The position numbers and the translations under genes are program-made. A stretch of DNA of 54,479 bases, the filler included, from Sphacelaria rigidula (taxonomy: Eukaryota): NCBI GenBank assembly GCA_964200075.2. It is 5 parts of 5 records of this genome, joined end to end, with 100 filler letters (N's around TTAATTAATTAA, not from the genome) between each part and the next. Parts side by side here need not be neighbours in the genome. Positions count along the whole stretch, not along the records: positions 10,918 to 21,733 come from CAXNAA020005861.1; positions 21,834 to 32,649 come from CAXNAA020005862.1; 3 more parts are not named here. One strand, given 5' to 3'. Below the pieces are notes generated by a model. That model made no database searches. It was not told the origin of the DNA and worked only from the letters and a program-made list of their open reading frames with translations. Below, piece by piece: positions 12,770 to 23,593 of the stretch; within the stretch, counting starts at the first letter, position 1; each line of letters begins with the position of its first letter.

Positions 12770-13510
12770 ACATGACTGCATGGTGAACAAACTGGAAGAA
12801 GAGGCGCTCGGCGCAGCAGCAGAGGCGCACACTTGGGGACACCCACTCCACTACAACAACACCGTTTCCACTTGTACTGGACCTCTGCGTTGGAACAACC
12901 GATTGCTTACAAGTGGACACCACACATCGCTGTACAGAGCGAAGGCGCGGCCTCAAATACGGGGCCCGCAGCTTTCGTAGGTGAGCACGATATGCGAGAA
13001 ATTTCCATGAGCTGAAATCAAAGACCACAGTACTTTAAGTTGATGGGCAGATCGACGCCCCATTCAGGACTATTTAAGAGCTCTTGTCTACACGAGGTCA
13101 AAGTCAGTGAAGAAGAGAGTGATTTCGCGATAAATGTGGCTTACCACAATAGCCACCTCTTTCTCGGCCTGCGGGCGATGTTAAGCTGTACTTCTTGCAC
13201 AATGAGTTGATCTGCAAAGCGCGCACAGCGCGTGTGGACGGTGGACAGTTGCATCGGGGATACTTTTCATCAGAAGGGTTCCTAGGTTTTGGCACGCGGT
13301 TGTTGTTGAGGTGCTTCTTGGCCCATGCACAGAGGGGACAGCTAATTGTAGTACCTGCCATTTATACCCACCTACCGAAGAAATTGCCGTGAGTTGAGAC
13401 CATAGTGTAGAATGAGTACAAAGTGGCGCTGCTGTACTTGGTGGAGGCGCGCGACCAACATACCGTGCAGAGGGCGAGGGTCTCCAGCCATGCGTCGGCA
13501 TCGTACCTAC
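12770..13510 (+). pseudogene. Possible decayed hAT-type transposase fragment
   Basis: Broken frames give KLEEEALGAAAEAHT and HIAVQSEGAASNT, loosely resembling the hAT L...HT and (V)TDxASN motifs; preceded by a GATATCG/CGATA-rich tract (12150-12700). Confidence 0.25.
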
Positions 13511-13676
13511 GGTCTCTGTACTGCCACTACGGTATCGATAAACGGTGTCCCACCTTGCTCTCTCTCGTTAGCCTACACGTCTGTCCTACTAGAAATATGC
13601 CAACCACACACTCCGTCCCCTCCAGAACTCCGACAAAGAGTACGTAGTTTTTCGTATGGATTTTGTAATGCGTTGG

Positions 13677-13817
13677 AGGATCGCGTGTGTTTTGGACCGC
13701 ATCGGAATTAAAACACCCCTAGAGTCAAGGTTAGGGTTTGGGTTGGTGTTACGGCCAGGGTCGGGGGCGCGGTCCCTGCAGGGAGCGGCCCGAGCGGTCT
13801 TGAAACACGTCGATCCT
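13677..13817. mobile_element. Mini-MITE with a telomere-like core
   Basis: Imperfect TIRs AGGATCGCGTGTGTTTTGGACCGC / GCGGTCTTGAAACACGTCGATCCT enclosing AGGTTAGGGTTTGGGTT. Confidence 0.65.
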
Positions 13818-14180
13818 GGGGTGTTCAATTTCCTATGCGGTGCAGAAAATCACACGGTCCTCCCACGCATTATAGATGTGACATGTACTGGAGAAAACAC
13901 GTGATCAAAATGTCCCGTACACAGGTACTGAAGCCTCTAATGATAGGGGAGATGCGATTACTCCATTTGGTACCGTATACTCGAAGACGTGCTCTGTGGG
14001 CTATTGCAGTAGCCCATGCGAACAGGGGTTCAAGCCTCAGCTGTGTACCAGGCTATCAAAACATGTCGATGTCGTGCGCCTCGCGGTGTTTATCATCATC
14101 GTCATTCCGGGCGCCGATGGTCCAATGGTACAGCTAACTCCGTTGATTGGATTGAGAGATGATTGATTTCCGTCACACAT

Positions 14181-14529
14181 TAGCTGCATCTCGGATCATC
14201 AGGGCGGGGAAAACAGGGGTTCGATTCTGGCCAGATGCATCCTGTTTAATTTTTTTTCTCAAAAGCATCTGACTTCCGTCGTTGTAAACGCGAGGGCGTG
14301 AGCAGCAAAGGAGAGTGTTTTACCAAGTTTGTCAGGCAACAGTCGACGCGATGGGGGATTGCCGATCCACTCCACGACACCAAAACGTAAGGCTTGTACT
14401 GGGGGAGAGATTGGTTGGTTCCTAGAGACCATGGACTCGTTCCGAGGAAAGAAGTGGGGAGGCGTACTCATTTGTTGCTTGCCTTAGTCGTGTGACCATT
14501 GATCACGCATCCCTTTCGAGACGAAGCAT
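14181..14529 (+). mobile_element. tRNA-headed SINE-like element, family 2 (near full length)
   Basis: A-box-like TAGCTGCATCTCGG, B-box GGTTCGATTC (14218-14227), 3' end GTACTCATTTGTTGCTTGCCTTAGTCGTGTGACCATTGATCACGCATCCCTTTCGAGACGAAGCA recurring at 39923, 43666, 54317 and 54432. Confidence 0.65.
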
Positions 14530-14539
14530 NNNNNNNNNN
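14530..14539. other. 10-N scaffold gap
   Basis: Run of 10 N without the linker motif. Confidence 0.95.
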
Positions 14540-14678
14540 TTTTTTGTTGTTTTGGTTGTTTTCACACTTAACCCCCTTCTTCATTGGAAGGGAGGGAGGG
14601 GGGGGGGGGGGGGGGGGTAGACGGGAGAACAAAAAGAGGAGAAAACGATGACTACACTAAGGTCAGGTCAGTGCCCGA

Positions 14679-15547
14679 GAGCTGGGCCAGCCTAAAAACG
14701 GGTTTAAGCTGTAACAGCCATGTCTCATAGACACAGACAAAGTAGACCGTGATCCGCACAATATTTTATTCATCGTCTAATCAAGGGGAAGATGTCCATC
14801 TGCTCAATAGCCTGGGTCATTTGATTATCGTTCATGGAAAATCATCGATTACTTTTACCATACGGAGATAGGGTCTATGACAAAGTCTACATGAAACCCC
14901 CAGTGACATGTACAGCGGACAATCGTTTTCGGTGTGAACATTCCCTGGAGTACGGGTGAAGGATCAATACCCTCACCTTCTCCTCATCCGATATATTTTG
15001 AGAGAGATATGGCTCACGATTCTATACGGAACTCGATGTGTTACGGTCAGAGATACTAAACGTACTAGATCTGGATTTCGCGTCTCAGTTTCGAGAGTAG
15101 TGCTTTGAAATTTGGCATGGAGTATCGCAAGGGGAAAATATAGACAAAGCGTTCAGGACCTTGGGGTTTATTTCTCATTGATTAAGGATGCTTTCGTGAA
15201 AATAGGGGTCGTTTTTGGTGTTTTGATTCTTGGACCGCGAGGGTGGTCCATTTGGATCATGCACACTTTTTTCAAGTGAAATTGATACCGATCTGACAGA
15301 TGACGTACCACTCTCGCCGTCTGAGGGCTCCCTTTGTTTCTCAGGTTGATTTTTAGAACCGTGATTCATACTTTTTCCGCGACTTGAGGACGTTCTTGTG
15401 AATTCGTTCCTTACCACACGAAACGTCCTCAACTCATAGAAAAACAAACAGATCAACATGTCTCATTTTTGTTTATTTACGCCCTAGCGATTCTCCACAC
15501 AAAATGGCCTGCAAAATAATGTCCTGGATATCGACTGGTCCAGGCTC
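14679..15547. mobile_element. Non-autonomous DNA transposon, GAGCTGGGCCAGCC-TIR family
   Basis: Starts GAGCTGGGCCAGCC, ends GACTGGTCCAGGCTC; body aligns by eye, inverted, with 20200-20375 and 20905-21043; a fragment also lies at 3310-3380 and a terminus at 43440. Confidence 0.65.
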
Positions 15548-16201
15548 TAAATCGCCCGCTATCACCTCAATCATGAGATTTGGAAGTACAAATTTTGGTT
15601 GGAGAATCAACGGGGCATAGTTATAGAAGATTTGGGTCCTTCAGATTTGATTTTCCATCACTCACCGACGTTTGGGAGGAAACTTGATCTCTGTTTTGCC
15701 CTACCTCGTAAGAGAACATAACGTCTCAAATTCTGATTTCCATCTTGTGTATTAAATCTTTGTGCCAAACTTGAAAGCCCAACCGTCAAAGTGGAGGTGA
15801 GAATGGATCTACAAGCTACAGATCTAGGCTGGCCAAGGGCGTATGTAGCTCGAGTAGAGCAGCTCCCTCACCACACGCTCGAATCAAGCGATTTGTCCGA
15901 TGGTAGATTGAAAACAGCCTATTTTTTGCACATCACTCAGCATAATATATTAACGGCCACTCCGCCCCTTCCCTCATCTTTCGAATTCGGACACTCCGGC
16001 GGGAGAGGTCACTTCGTCTCGTTTTAACGATCCCTTGGTCAAATCCTTGACTACCGCGCTATGACGCTGTTGTTTTTTTATGCGACTCCCATCCACTGTC
16101 ACGCTGTTCTTGTTGCGGAATTGCGTCGGTCGAGACTCCGACGTTTGTGACAGGGCAACATACTTCAAAAAGGGCTAATGAACTGCTGCAAGACTGAGGA
16201 C

Positions 16202-16298
16202 ATGGTGCAGCCAGCGGGCGATACTGGAGCTGGAAATGCTGCCGGAAAAAAAGCTGCCAGGAGCAACCCTGCAGTCAACGCCCCCGCATCATCCACTG
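16202..16298 (+). CDS. Probable first coding exon of an unknown gene (MVQPAGDTGAGNAAGKKAARSNPAVNAPASST)
   Basis: ATG at 16202 (alternative at 16178), donor G|GTGCGT, phase 1 matching the 16844 exon. Confidence 0.5.
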
Positions 16299-16399
16299 GT
16301 GCGTGCTGTGGGCCTGGTCATGAAGATACGCACAAATGCATATACCACCACCACGCCCCGGAGATCTAAGTGCGAAACTGATGGTTGTTAGACCGAAAG

Positions 16400-16625
16400 A
16401 TTGGGGACCCGGATCCCGGCAGATGAGGGGTTCCGCTGAGAAGTATCTGAGTTCCGTTGTTGAAAGCGTTTGGATGTGACCAGCAGCGCGAATGTATTCG
16501 ACGGTGGTCGATGCTGCGCGGGAACGCTGATCCTAGTCGCGATACCAATATGCAAGACGTACTGTGGGGGAGAGGCGGGTTGATTCCTTGAGTTCTGGGG
16601 ACTCGTGCTGAGAAAGGGGTGGGGT
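16400..16625 (+). mobile_element. Degenerate SINE family 2 body, inside an intron
   Basis: GTATCTGAGTTCCGTTGTTG...GTACTGTGGGGGAGAGGCGGGTTGATTCCTTGAG resembles 14262-14460. Confidence 0.55.
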
Positions 16626-16843
16626 TCGTAGGATGAACAGAAGAGAAAAAAGGACGTTACCTTGACAGCCGGATTTCAATCCCCATTTCTGCTTACCGCA
16701 CTGAACCCATACTCAACCGGACCTGTACTATTATATGTCGGAAACCATTAGGCTCTCTGTCTCCCTTTTCTCCGAACGACCACTTGTATTCCATTTCTCA
16801 TCTGCACTTTGCTGCCCCGTGTTGTCATACTTTCAACGAGCAG

Positions 16844-17076
16844 AAGGAGCTGCACCACCCACGGGGCGATTCACCGCTCAGCACGTGAAACAAGAAATTG
16901 ACCTATCGCAGACGGATGATGAGACTGGTACCGATGAAACGGGGAGACAGAGAGATGGAGACGATGACGAGGGCTTCTCTCCCTCCGACTCCGAGAAAAA
17001 GGGCAAGAAGAGAGCCGGCCAACAGCCAAAAGAGGAATACAAGAAGAAGAAGACCAGGACTCGCGAGCCTCTTGGG
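16844..17076 (+). CDS. Exon encoding an acidic/basic low-complexity peptide (EGAAPPTGRFTAQHVKQEIDLSQTDDE...KKKKTRTREPLG)
   Basis: CAG acceptor at 16841-16843, GGG|GTAAGA donor, coding-like composition, VKQE SUMO-consensus and NLS-like K runs; downstream exons not found. Confidence 0.6.
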
Positions 17077-17420
17077 GTAAGACAGGCAAAAGGTGGATGT
17101 GACGATGCACAAGGGTGTAGGTCTTGGCACCGAAGCTCCCTCTGAGGGGCGCACGGGGGTGTGCGGCTGTTTCTCATACGCGACTGTCTCGACAAACACT
17201 GCGTTTTTTGTTGACCATGCAATGTTTGTCGTTTGAACGATGGTAGGCGCGTCCGGTGATTTGACAATATCTGCCAGAGTAGTCTTGCGCCATGTTCTCT
17301 GTGGGGATCCCCCCCTCCAGGAGTCGGAGGGTATTGTGGGCCAAGCCGTTAGTGCATCAGAAATCATGGCAAGATCCGAGCTCGAAATATCGGCGTATGT
17401 CAGTTCACTCGTACGTGTGG

Positions 17421-17667
17421 CACTTTCTACGATAGCCCCCCCCCCCCCAAAACCAGCCCAAAAGTGTCACGAAAAAATGGCCGTACAGCGCCTGGTGCTT
17501 GGGTTCAGGCTGGATGAAGCGCCTCATATTGGCAACATTGGCGAGAACGAACCCTAGCGTGGGAATTCCCAGCTGCTCGTTGTTCTCGGCTTTTCCCGTT
17601 TCGATTTACGCGAAGGTTTTGCGTCCCCAAACCATGCACTTTTTGGGGGGGGCTATCGTAGAAAGCG
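17421..17667. mobile_element. MITE, CACTTTCTRCGATAGCCCCC-TIR family
   Basis: TIRs CACTTTCTACGATAGCCCCCC / GGGGGGCTATCGTAGAAAGCG; interior homologous (inverted) to 24554-24931. Confidence 0.8.
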
Positions 17668-18657
17668 TCGTGTCTTTCAAGTACGTACGGCTGGCGAGAC
17701 GTTGCATCCGTAGGGAAAAATGCACATTCGGAGTCCAGCGTTGTGAAGCTTAGCTCTCTGCTAGAACCATCGTAGTAGTTGCATTGGCAAGAATTCGTGT
17801 CTCAGTTTGTGCCTGGTTTCATGAGGATTGGGTTCGCATCCGTACACATATTCAAATGTTTGGGGTTTGCAAATAGGGAAAAGCGCCCCATCAACTTTGG
17901 TACTGGAACTGTCGTTGTAGTGGCCCAGCCGTATTACAAACATGAACTCGGTATTTTGCGTGTTTTGATGATATTGAGGCCATTGTGTAGTGTTGCAGGT
18001 GTGGTTGTTCATTGTTGCGGGTCTGGAACCTGATCACGCGGGGAAATGGCCATCAGCTCATTTGGGTTGCACGACGCCAAATCTTGGTTGCTTCGCGACT
18101 TTTTCAGCAGGCAGTGTCTGTACCCACCGTAGGCTTAGCATTTTCCTCAAACAACGTCGTGAGTTATTCTTCACTGCCCTCTGAAGGATGGGCTCAGGGG
18201 TCCTGTTTTTCTCATATGGTTTAACAGTATTCTCAGAACAAGATCCCCTCGCGCTCAGATTTGGATTTGTAGGACTCGCAATAGGCTTCACCTTCGTATG
18301 CGTGCATGAACATTAGCTTGATTTGGGGTTGCTGACTTTATAATAACCACTGAACAAGCTTACAACGGGCTTTTTTAATTTATGAAAAGCTTGTGATATG
18401 CTTGAAACGCACATACAGCTGCGATAAACTTTTATGCGCTTACTGTAGCCACTCTAGCAGCCGCCCGCAAGTTCTCCCTGTAGCGTGACTCGTCACCAGA
18501 CAGGGTGACAGCCTTCAGGCGTCAAAACATCAATACTTCGATGGTCGTGTAACGTGTTCCTATTTTGCTGCGCGTCTGATCAGAAATGTTCCACTCTGTA
18601 TATTTTTATACCTGGTGCTATATCGTGTTGAAAAATGCAAATGAGACCGGTTCACTT

Positions 18658-18689
18658 GTACAGCGTACAGCGTACAGCGTACAGCGTAC
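18658..18689. repeat. (GTACAGC)4+ heptamer tandem repeat
   Basis: Directly visible. Confidence 0.85.
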
Positions 18690-19340
18690 GACATCAGTAG
18701 CAGCAGTGAGGAGCGAAGATAAGTTTGCCGGGTGAGAGGCCAGAGGCGGCAATGCCCCGTGTCCAGAGGCTGCCATGCCCTACTACTGCTGTACAGTAGT
18801 TTGCAGCTGAAGTAGGGGATTTTTCTCGCACCGTTCATCGAAGTGAACTCCTGATCCCGATGTTTGGGGATCGGGAGATGCTAAGTACCCGCTCCAAATT
18901 CCGAAAAAAGAGTCGTCTCTGCGCCCAACATTGAACGACTCACGGGTTGAGTTGACAGGGGGTGGTATCGACCGTTTTTGGTCCAAAACGCATTTCTTTT
19001 CGACCCTAGTGCGATGAATACGCAAAAGAAAAAAATAACGGTTCGTGAAATTATTCACAAGAGCGATTGGGATCGGTTCAACCCCTCCTCTTTCCCCCGC
19101 CCTGTGCTACGCAAAGCATGGTGGGGCAGTTTTCGTATTCGGGTACTTTTGCTATTTTTTGTCGTGTAACAGTTTCCCTTGGAACTCGAAAGCCCTAGCG
19201 TCGACGAATATTGGGAGATGAAGCAGGTCGCGATCATGGCACAATCCTCAATTGGTGCTGTCGGGGTGATATGGAGAAACTACCTCTTTTATCAGGGGGT
19301 GCTATCGACCGTCACTGGGCTATAAAACACAGTATCTCAG

Positions 19341-20390
19341 CTCTACGAGCTGGGCCAGCCTAGACGCGGATTCGGAGTTTGCAGGCCCATTCGTCGGCCA
19401 ATATTTAGAGTCGGACCGTGAAATTTGGGAGGGACAACAAAAAGGGGAAAAAAACCCGAATGACACCTGTACCCAAAGTTTTTTTTTCATGGGTTGAGAG
19501 CATTTTACTGATACCTGAAAACTGATTATTGCCCTTAACTCATGAGAACAACGAAAACATGTTTGGGTGCATGTGTACTTTTGTTATTGTGCCCCATTCA
19601 TTGCCCATACCAAATTTCAGGATCCAACTCTAAATATTGGTCGGCGAATGGACCTTTTAGTATCGGAGTCGGTAGAAATCCGGGGCAGTATTTTGCAGGC
19701 CACTTACCGGCCCACGTTTAGTGTTTGTGTATTGAAATTTTGCATGGGTCTTTGCTGGGGCATACTGAACCAAAAAAAGTGGGTCACGTTGGTGTTCATT
19801 TTTTTTTATTGGTTTACGGCGTTTTAGTATGGTAACGACATATTTCTTACGAGAACGCCCGAACCTCTTCCCCCTCAAAAATAATGAGGGCCAGTTTGTT
19901 TTTCATTCAGCATACCTCTGTGGTTCTCCCTACGGAGTTTGAAATCACAATTCTAAAAATCGAGCAAAAATTTTAAGATAAGGCCGAATAGCAGTGTTCA
20001 TTTCTCCTGAACACTGCCCTAAAAACACGAAAAAATGAAAGAACCAAAAAAACAAAAAAATGAAAAGGCTGTTTTTCCAGCTTCAGTATGCACTAGCGGT
20101 TCTCCGTATGAAATTTCAAAGCGTAACTCTAAAAAACTGACACGCGATATCAAGATTTAGATCATCTAGTGCCTCTGCTCGGAATGTATTGATTATAGTA
20201 TGGAAAGTTATACCCGACATATTTCGAGATAGATAATGAATTAGGTGAATGCGGGGGTGAATATCGTCTCCCCGTGCTCCAGAGAATGTCCACACCAAAA
20301 ATCGTCGTCATCCGCTGAATGCGTCGATCGGGGTTTCATATAGACTTTGGTATAGACGCTATCTCCGTACGGTATAGGAATTTCAAGACA

Positions 20391-20441
<51 letters not shown>

Positions 20442-21051
20442 CTTCACATTGAAAACCGTTCCGATATCGGCGCGGTGCATTCGTACTGGGCATCTGATGC
20501 GGACGCCTTCCGTGGTCACAGGCTAGCAAAAAAACAGAAAAACAAAAATATAGAGACCCAGATTAAAACGCACAAAACGCGATACAAGCATAACAGGGAT
20601 GAATAATAAAGAAGAAAGAGAGTACATATGGTTAACCTCAGAAGATCCGGTGCCGTAGGTGGCCATTCGAACTTCAGGGGGTGGCACCCGGCTTTCCGAC
20701 TCGACGCGCGACGCCAAGTAGTAATGAACACAGTGTTCGACTACGGGCGAGACTCAAGGCCCCAAATACAGCCAACCAAAGAACTAAGAATCGCAAGGTT
20801 CCATCTTTCGGCCTCTCGAGAGACAGCCATACGTACAAGCATACCAGGTGTATCAAGACAAGCACTGCATGACATAGCGAAATGGGTTTTGGTTAACCAG
20901 AAAATATTGGCCCAGGCTTTTGAGCAGATGGACACTTTCACCTGATCAGACGATTAATACGATATGCGGATCACGGCCCAACTCGTCTGTGTCGATGAGA
21001 TATTGCTTTGAGAGCTTAAAATCTGTTTCCAGGCTGGCCCAGCTAGTAGTG
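19341..21051. mobile_element. GAGCTGGGCCAGCC-TIR element (middle layer of the nest)
   Basis: CTCTACGAGCTGGGCCAGCCT ... AGGCTGGCCCAGCTAGTAGTG; homologous to 14679-15547 in opposite orientation. Confidence 0.7.
20391..20852 (-). mobile_element. 5'-truncated non-LTR retroelement 3' end with (CAA)n tail (inner layer)
   Basis: (GTT)n at 20392-20441; candidate 8-bp TSD TCAAGACA at 20383-20390 and 20853-20860; the same end occurs at 43498-43565 and GCTAGCCTGTGACCAC at 32634-32649. Confidence 0.7.
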
Positions 21052-21733
21052 CCATAATGAATAGATAGACATGATAATGAAAAAAACGTTCCTTTTTTAT
21101 TGGTCCACGAGAACGAGTGGGATTGCTTCAATCGAGAAAAAATAAACAAGAGTCAGAACCTGGATCTGGATAGTCGCAGGGCCACTGAAAACCGGTCAGC
21201 CCGTAGTAAGTCGGTATTTATTGAGTGCAGAGATGATTTTGTTTCGGAATGTGGAGTGGATACCTAGGATCTCTCGATCCCCAAACTTGAGGGATCGAAC
21301 GTTCGCTGGGATGAGCAGTGGCACGGGAAAACACTATTCAAAACCGTCGGATACGAAAAAATGACAGAAACCCCTCATTTCAACTGCAAACTGCTGTATA
21401 GTGTAGCGGTATTTCTTGTTTTCGTCGATGGGTTAGGGTGTAGGTGTGCACGTTGTGGACATCAAACTCAATGGCACAAGCAATGTTTCATTCTCTAATC
21501 AAAAGTGAACATCAAAACTTCGAATGGCTTCATTTTCTATGAAAAACTAAACACAAAAACTAAGAATGCCCAACTTGTCGTCTTGTCCCCATTCACGCTA
21601 TCAGGTGCGCCTCGTCGTGAGGGGATATTGCCACAACGCCACAACAAGGACGCGAAAAATGTGCATAAAACACGCATATAATGCGTTAGAAAATTCTTCA
21701 AGTGGGGCTTGAAAAACAAAGCTTAAGAACGAA

Positions 21734-21833
21734 NNNNNNNNNNNNNNNNNNNNNNNNNNNNNNNNNNNNNNNNNNNNTTAATTAATTAANNNNNNNNNNN
21801 NNNNNNNNNNNNNNNNNNNNNNNNNNNNNNNNN
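21734..21833. other. Artificial contig linker
   Basis: 44 N + TTAATTAATTAA + 44 N. Confidence 0.98.
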
Positions 21834-21978
21834 AAGGTGGGGTACTAAAAACAAATAAAAAAGTAAAAGCTCCTGTGTTGACCTTCCTCCCGTGTGACCC
21901 CGGCTGGTGCGCCCACATATACCGAAAGGTGTAGACTGGCGTCCAGAATAGAAGGGACAACAACACACACAACACAGA
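21834..21978 (+). mobile_element. SINE family 1, 3' half (cut by contig start)
   Basis: CCCGTGTGACCCCGGCTGGTGCGCCCACATATACCGAAAGGTGTAGACTGGCGTCCAGAATAG plus CAACACACAC tail. Confidence 0.8.
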
Positions 21979-22155
21979 CACTCGACCTTCCTTCTGCGGT
22001 GCTTGCCTTACTTCTCGCGCCCCCTTTCTCTTGCCGTTCGTCAAGTCGAACATTGTGCACTCACGACATTAGCCGCTCTCCTCTGTTGGGCAATCCAACC
22101 CACGTCCCAACCTTCAGAAGGCCTCGAGGTCACCAACTGAGCCACCAGGGCGATC
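21979..22155 (-). mobile_element. SINE family 1, 5' half with tRNA-like head
   Basis: Minus strand reads GGTGGCTCAGTTGGTGACCTCGAGGCCTTCTGAAGGTTGGGACGTGGGTT. Confidence 0.75.
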
Positions 22156-22601
22156 ACAGACGTGCATCACGCCACTGAACAAGAGCCGACAGTATACCAA
22201 CTCTCTCCCTGACCAAAACAGGAAACGACGACACGTGCCTGCTTGAGTGGCCTCGGAGCGCCTTCCCGGTGTGGTGAGGAAGCTACGAGACGATGCTGCG
22301 GTAGCCGGTGTCGTCGTTTGCGTGTCGGGAGGATTGGGGTCAAGGCCACGGATGATGGAGCCCAAGACGGAGTCCTCGAGGCGAAGGCCTGTATCCGCCC
22401 CGGGCATTGGCAGCTCCATGCCCACCTGCGGGAATGCATCAGCACCCGGAGGGGTTTAGAACGTTGCCGAAAGAATCAATAGGCTAGCGATCAAGAGGCG
22501 GTACATCCGTCAGTTGCGGCACAATACCCCCCCCATTCCCTCCCCGCGGACCTTTTCCGGTCTTCGGGAAATACTTTCACAATGGTCGAAAGCTGCACAA
22601 G

Positions 22602-22972
22602 TGTGTTGTGTTGCCATCCCATTTATTCTGAGCTCCAGGCTACACCTTTCGGTATATGTGGGCGCATCAACCGGGGTCACATGGGAGGAAGGCCAACACA
22701 GGGGTTTCTTCTTCTTATTTCGTTTTAGTGTCCCCACCTTCCTTCTGCGGTGATCGCCTTCTTTTTTCATCGCGAGAGGGCTTCAGCAGTCGCTTTCCCT
22801 TGTCGACCGTGAAGTCGAAGTTTGTGTACTTACGACATAGCCGCTTTCCACTGTTGGGCATGGTTTGAGGAGAAAGTCCCAGATCGTGTGACATCACCGA
22901 GTTGCGAACCCACGTCCCAACCGTCAGAGGGGTGCCGAGGTTACCAACTGAGTCACCATGGCGACCGGCTAT
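22602..22972 (-). mobile_element. SINE family 1, full-length copy with TSD
   Basis: Head GCCGGTCGCCATGGTGACTCAGTTGGTA...GGTTCGCAAC, CAACACAACAC tail, direct repeat TGCACAAG at 22594-22601 and 22973-22980. Confidence 0.85.
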
Positions 22973-23532
22973 TGCACAAGAAGAGTATGGATTCCTCTGC
23001 ACGCAGCTGAATTGGCTGCACGAGCAATCCCACGGAACGTAGACATCATGTATCAGCTCGATCGCCCGAACTCGCGGTAACTTTGAAGAAGTCGCGCAAA
23101 GTCAGTGTACATCCTTGTTCCGAGTTCAATATCACACTCTCAACACGCGAAGCCACTTCATCTTCGGAGGTGTGACGACATCCGGAAAAAAAAAAGTCAA
23201 TATATTTTTCAGCGTACCGCCCGCGGCTCCCCACCTTCAATCCCCCGTGCCCAACTTGGGCTTGAGCTAACATTTTGGGTGTGGTGCAGTTTTTCATCGT
23301 TTGCAAACCCTCATAACCACACTAAAACCTCGGAAATTGGCTCTGCAGAGAGACACCAGGTGACATTATGCTTGCTGCCACGCACAAAATCTGCGCAGCA
23401 CGTCTCTTGCTCTGATTTGCCCCGAAAATAGGCATTAATTGGAGCGGAACCAACCGTGTAATTGGCGTAGAGCACTTTCTACACATCGGCCCCGGGTTCG
23501 AGGGTTCTTAGTCTGCGCAGGTATCGTGTTAT

Positions 23533-23593
23533 GGTTTAGGTTCGGGTTCGGGTTCAGGTTTAGGTTCGAGTTTGCGTTCGGGTTCGGGTTAGG
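23533..23593 (+). repeat. Degenerate telomere-like hexamer array (GGTTCG/GGTTTA/GGTTAG)
   Basis: About 10 hexamers; the flank 23460-23520 resembles, inverted, 47010-47065 next to CCCTAACCCTAACCCCAACCC. Confidence 0.75.

Larger units (their letters stand above)
18794..21396. mobile_element. Tc1/mariner-like non-autonomous element (outer layer of a nest)
   Basis: TA|CAGTAGTTTGCAG ... CTGCAAACTGCTG|TA with TA duplication; long diverged inverted arms (18794-18930 vs 21220-21396). Confidence 0.7.

Noticed and set aside
20241..20606. Poly-Cys and poly-Thr ORFs (also poly-Val at 51525-51929 and HT repeats at 52633-53208)
   Set aside because: Translations of microsatellites
19341..21051. CACTA superfamily assignment from the CACTAC right terminus
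   Set aside because: No 3-bp TSD, and sister copies at 14679 and 43440 lack CACTA
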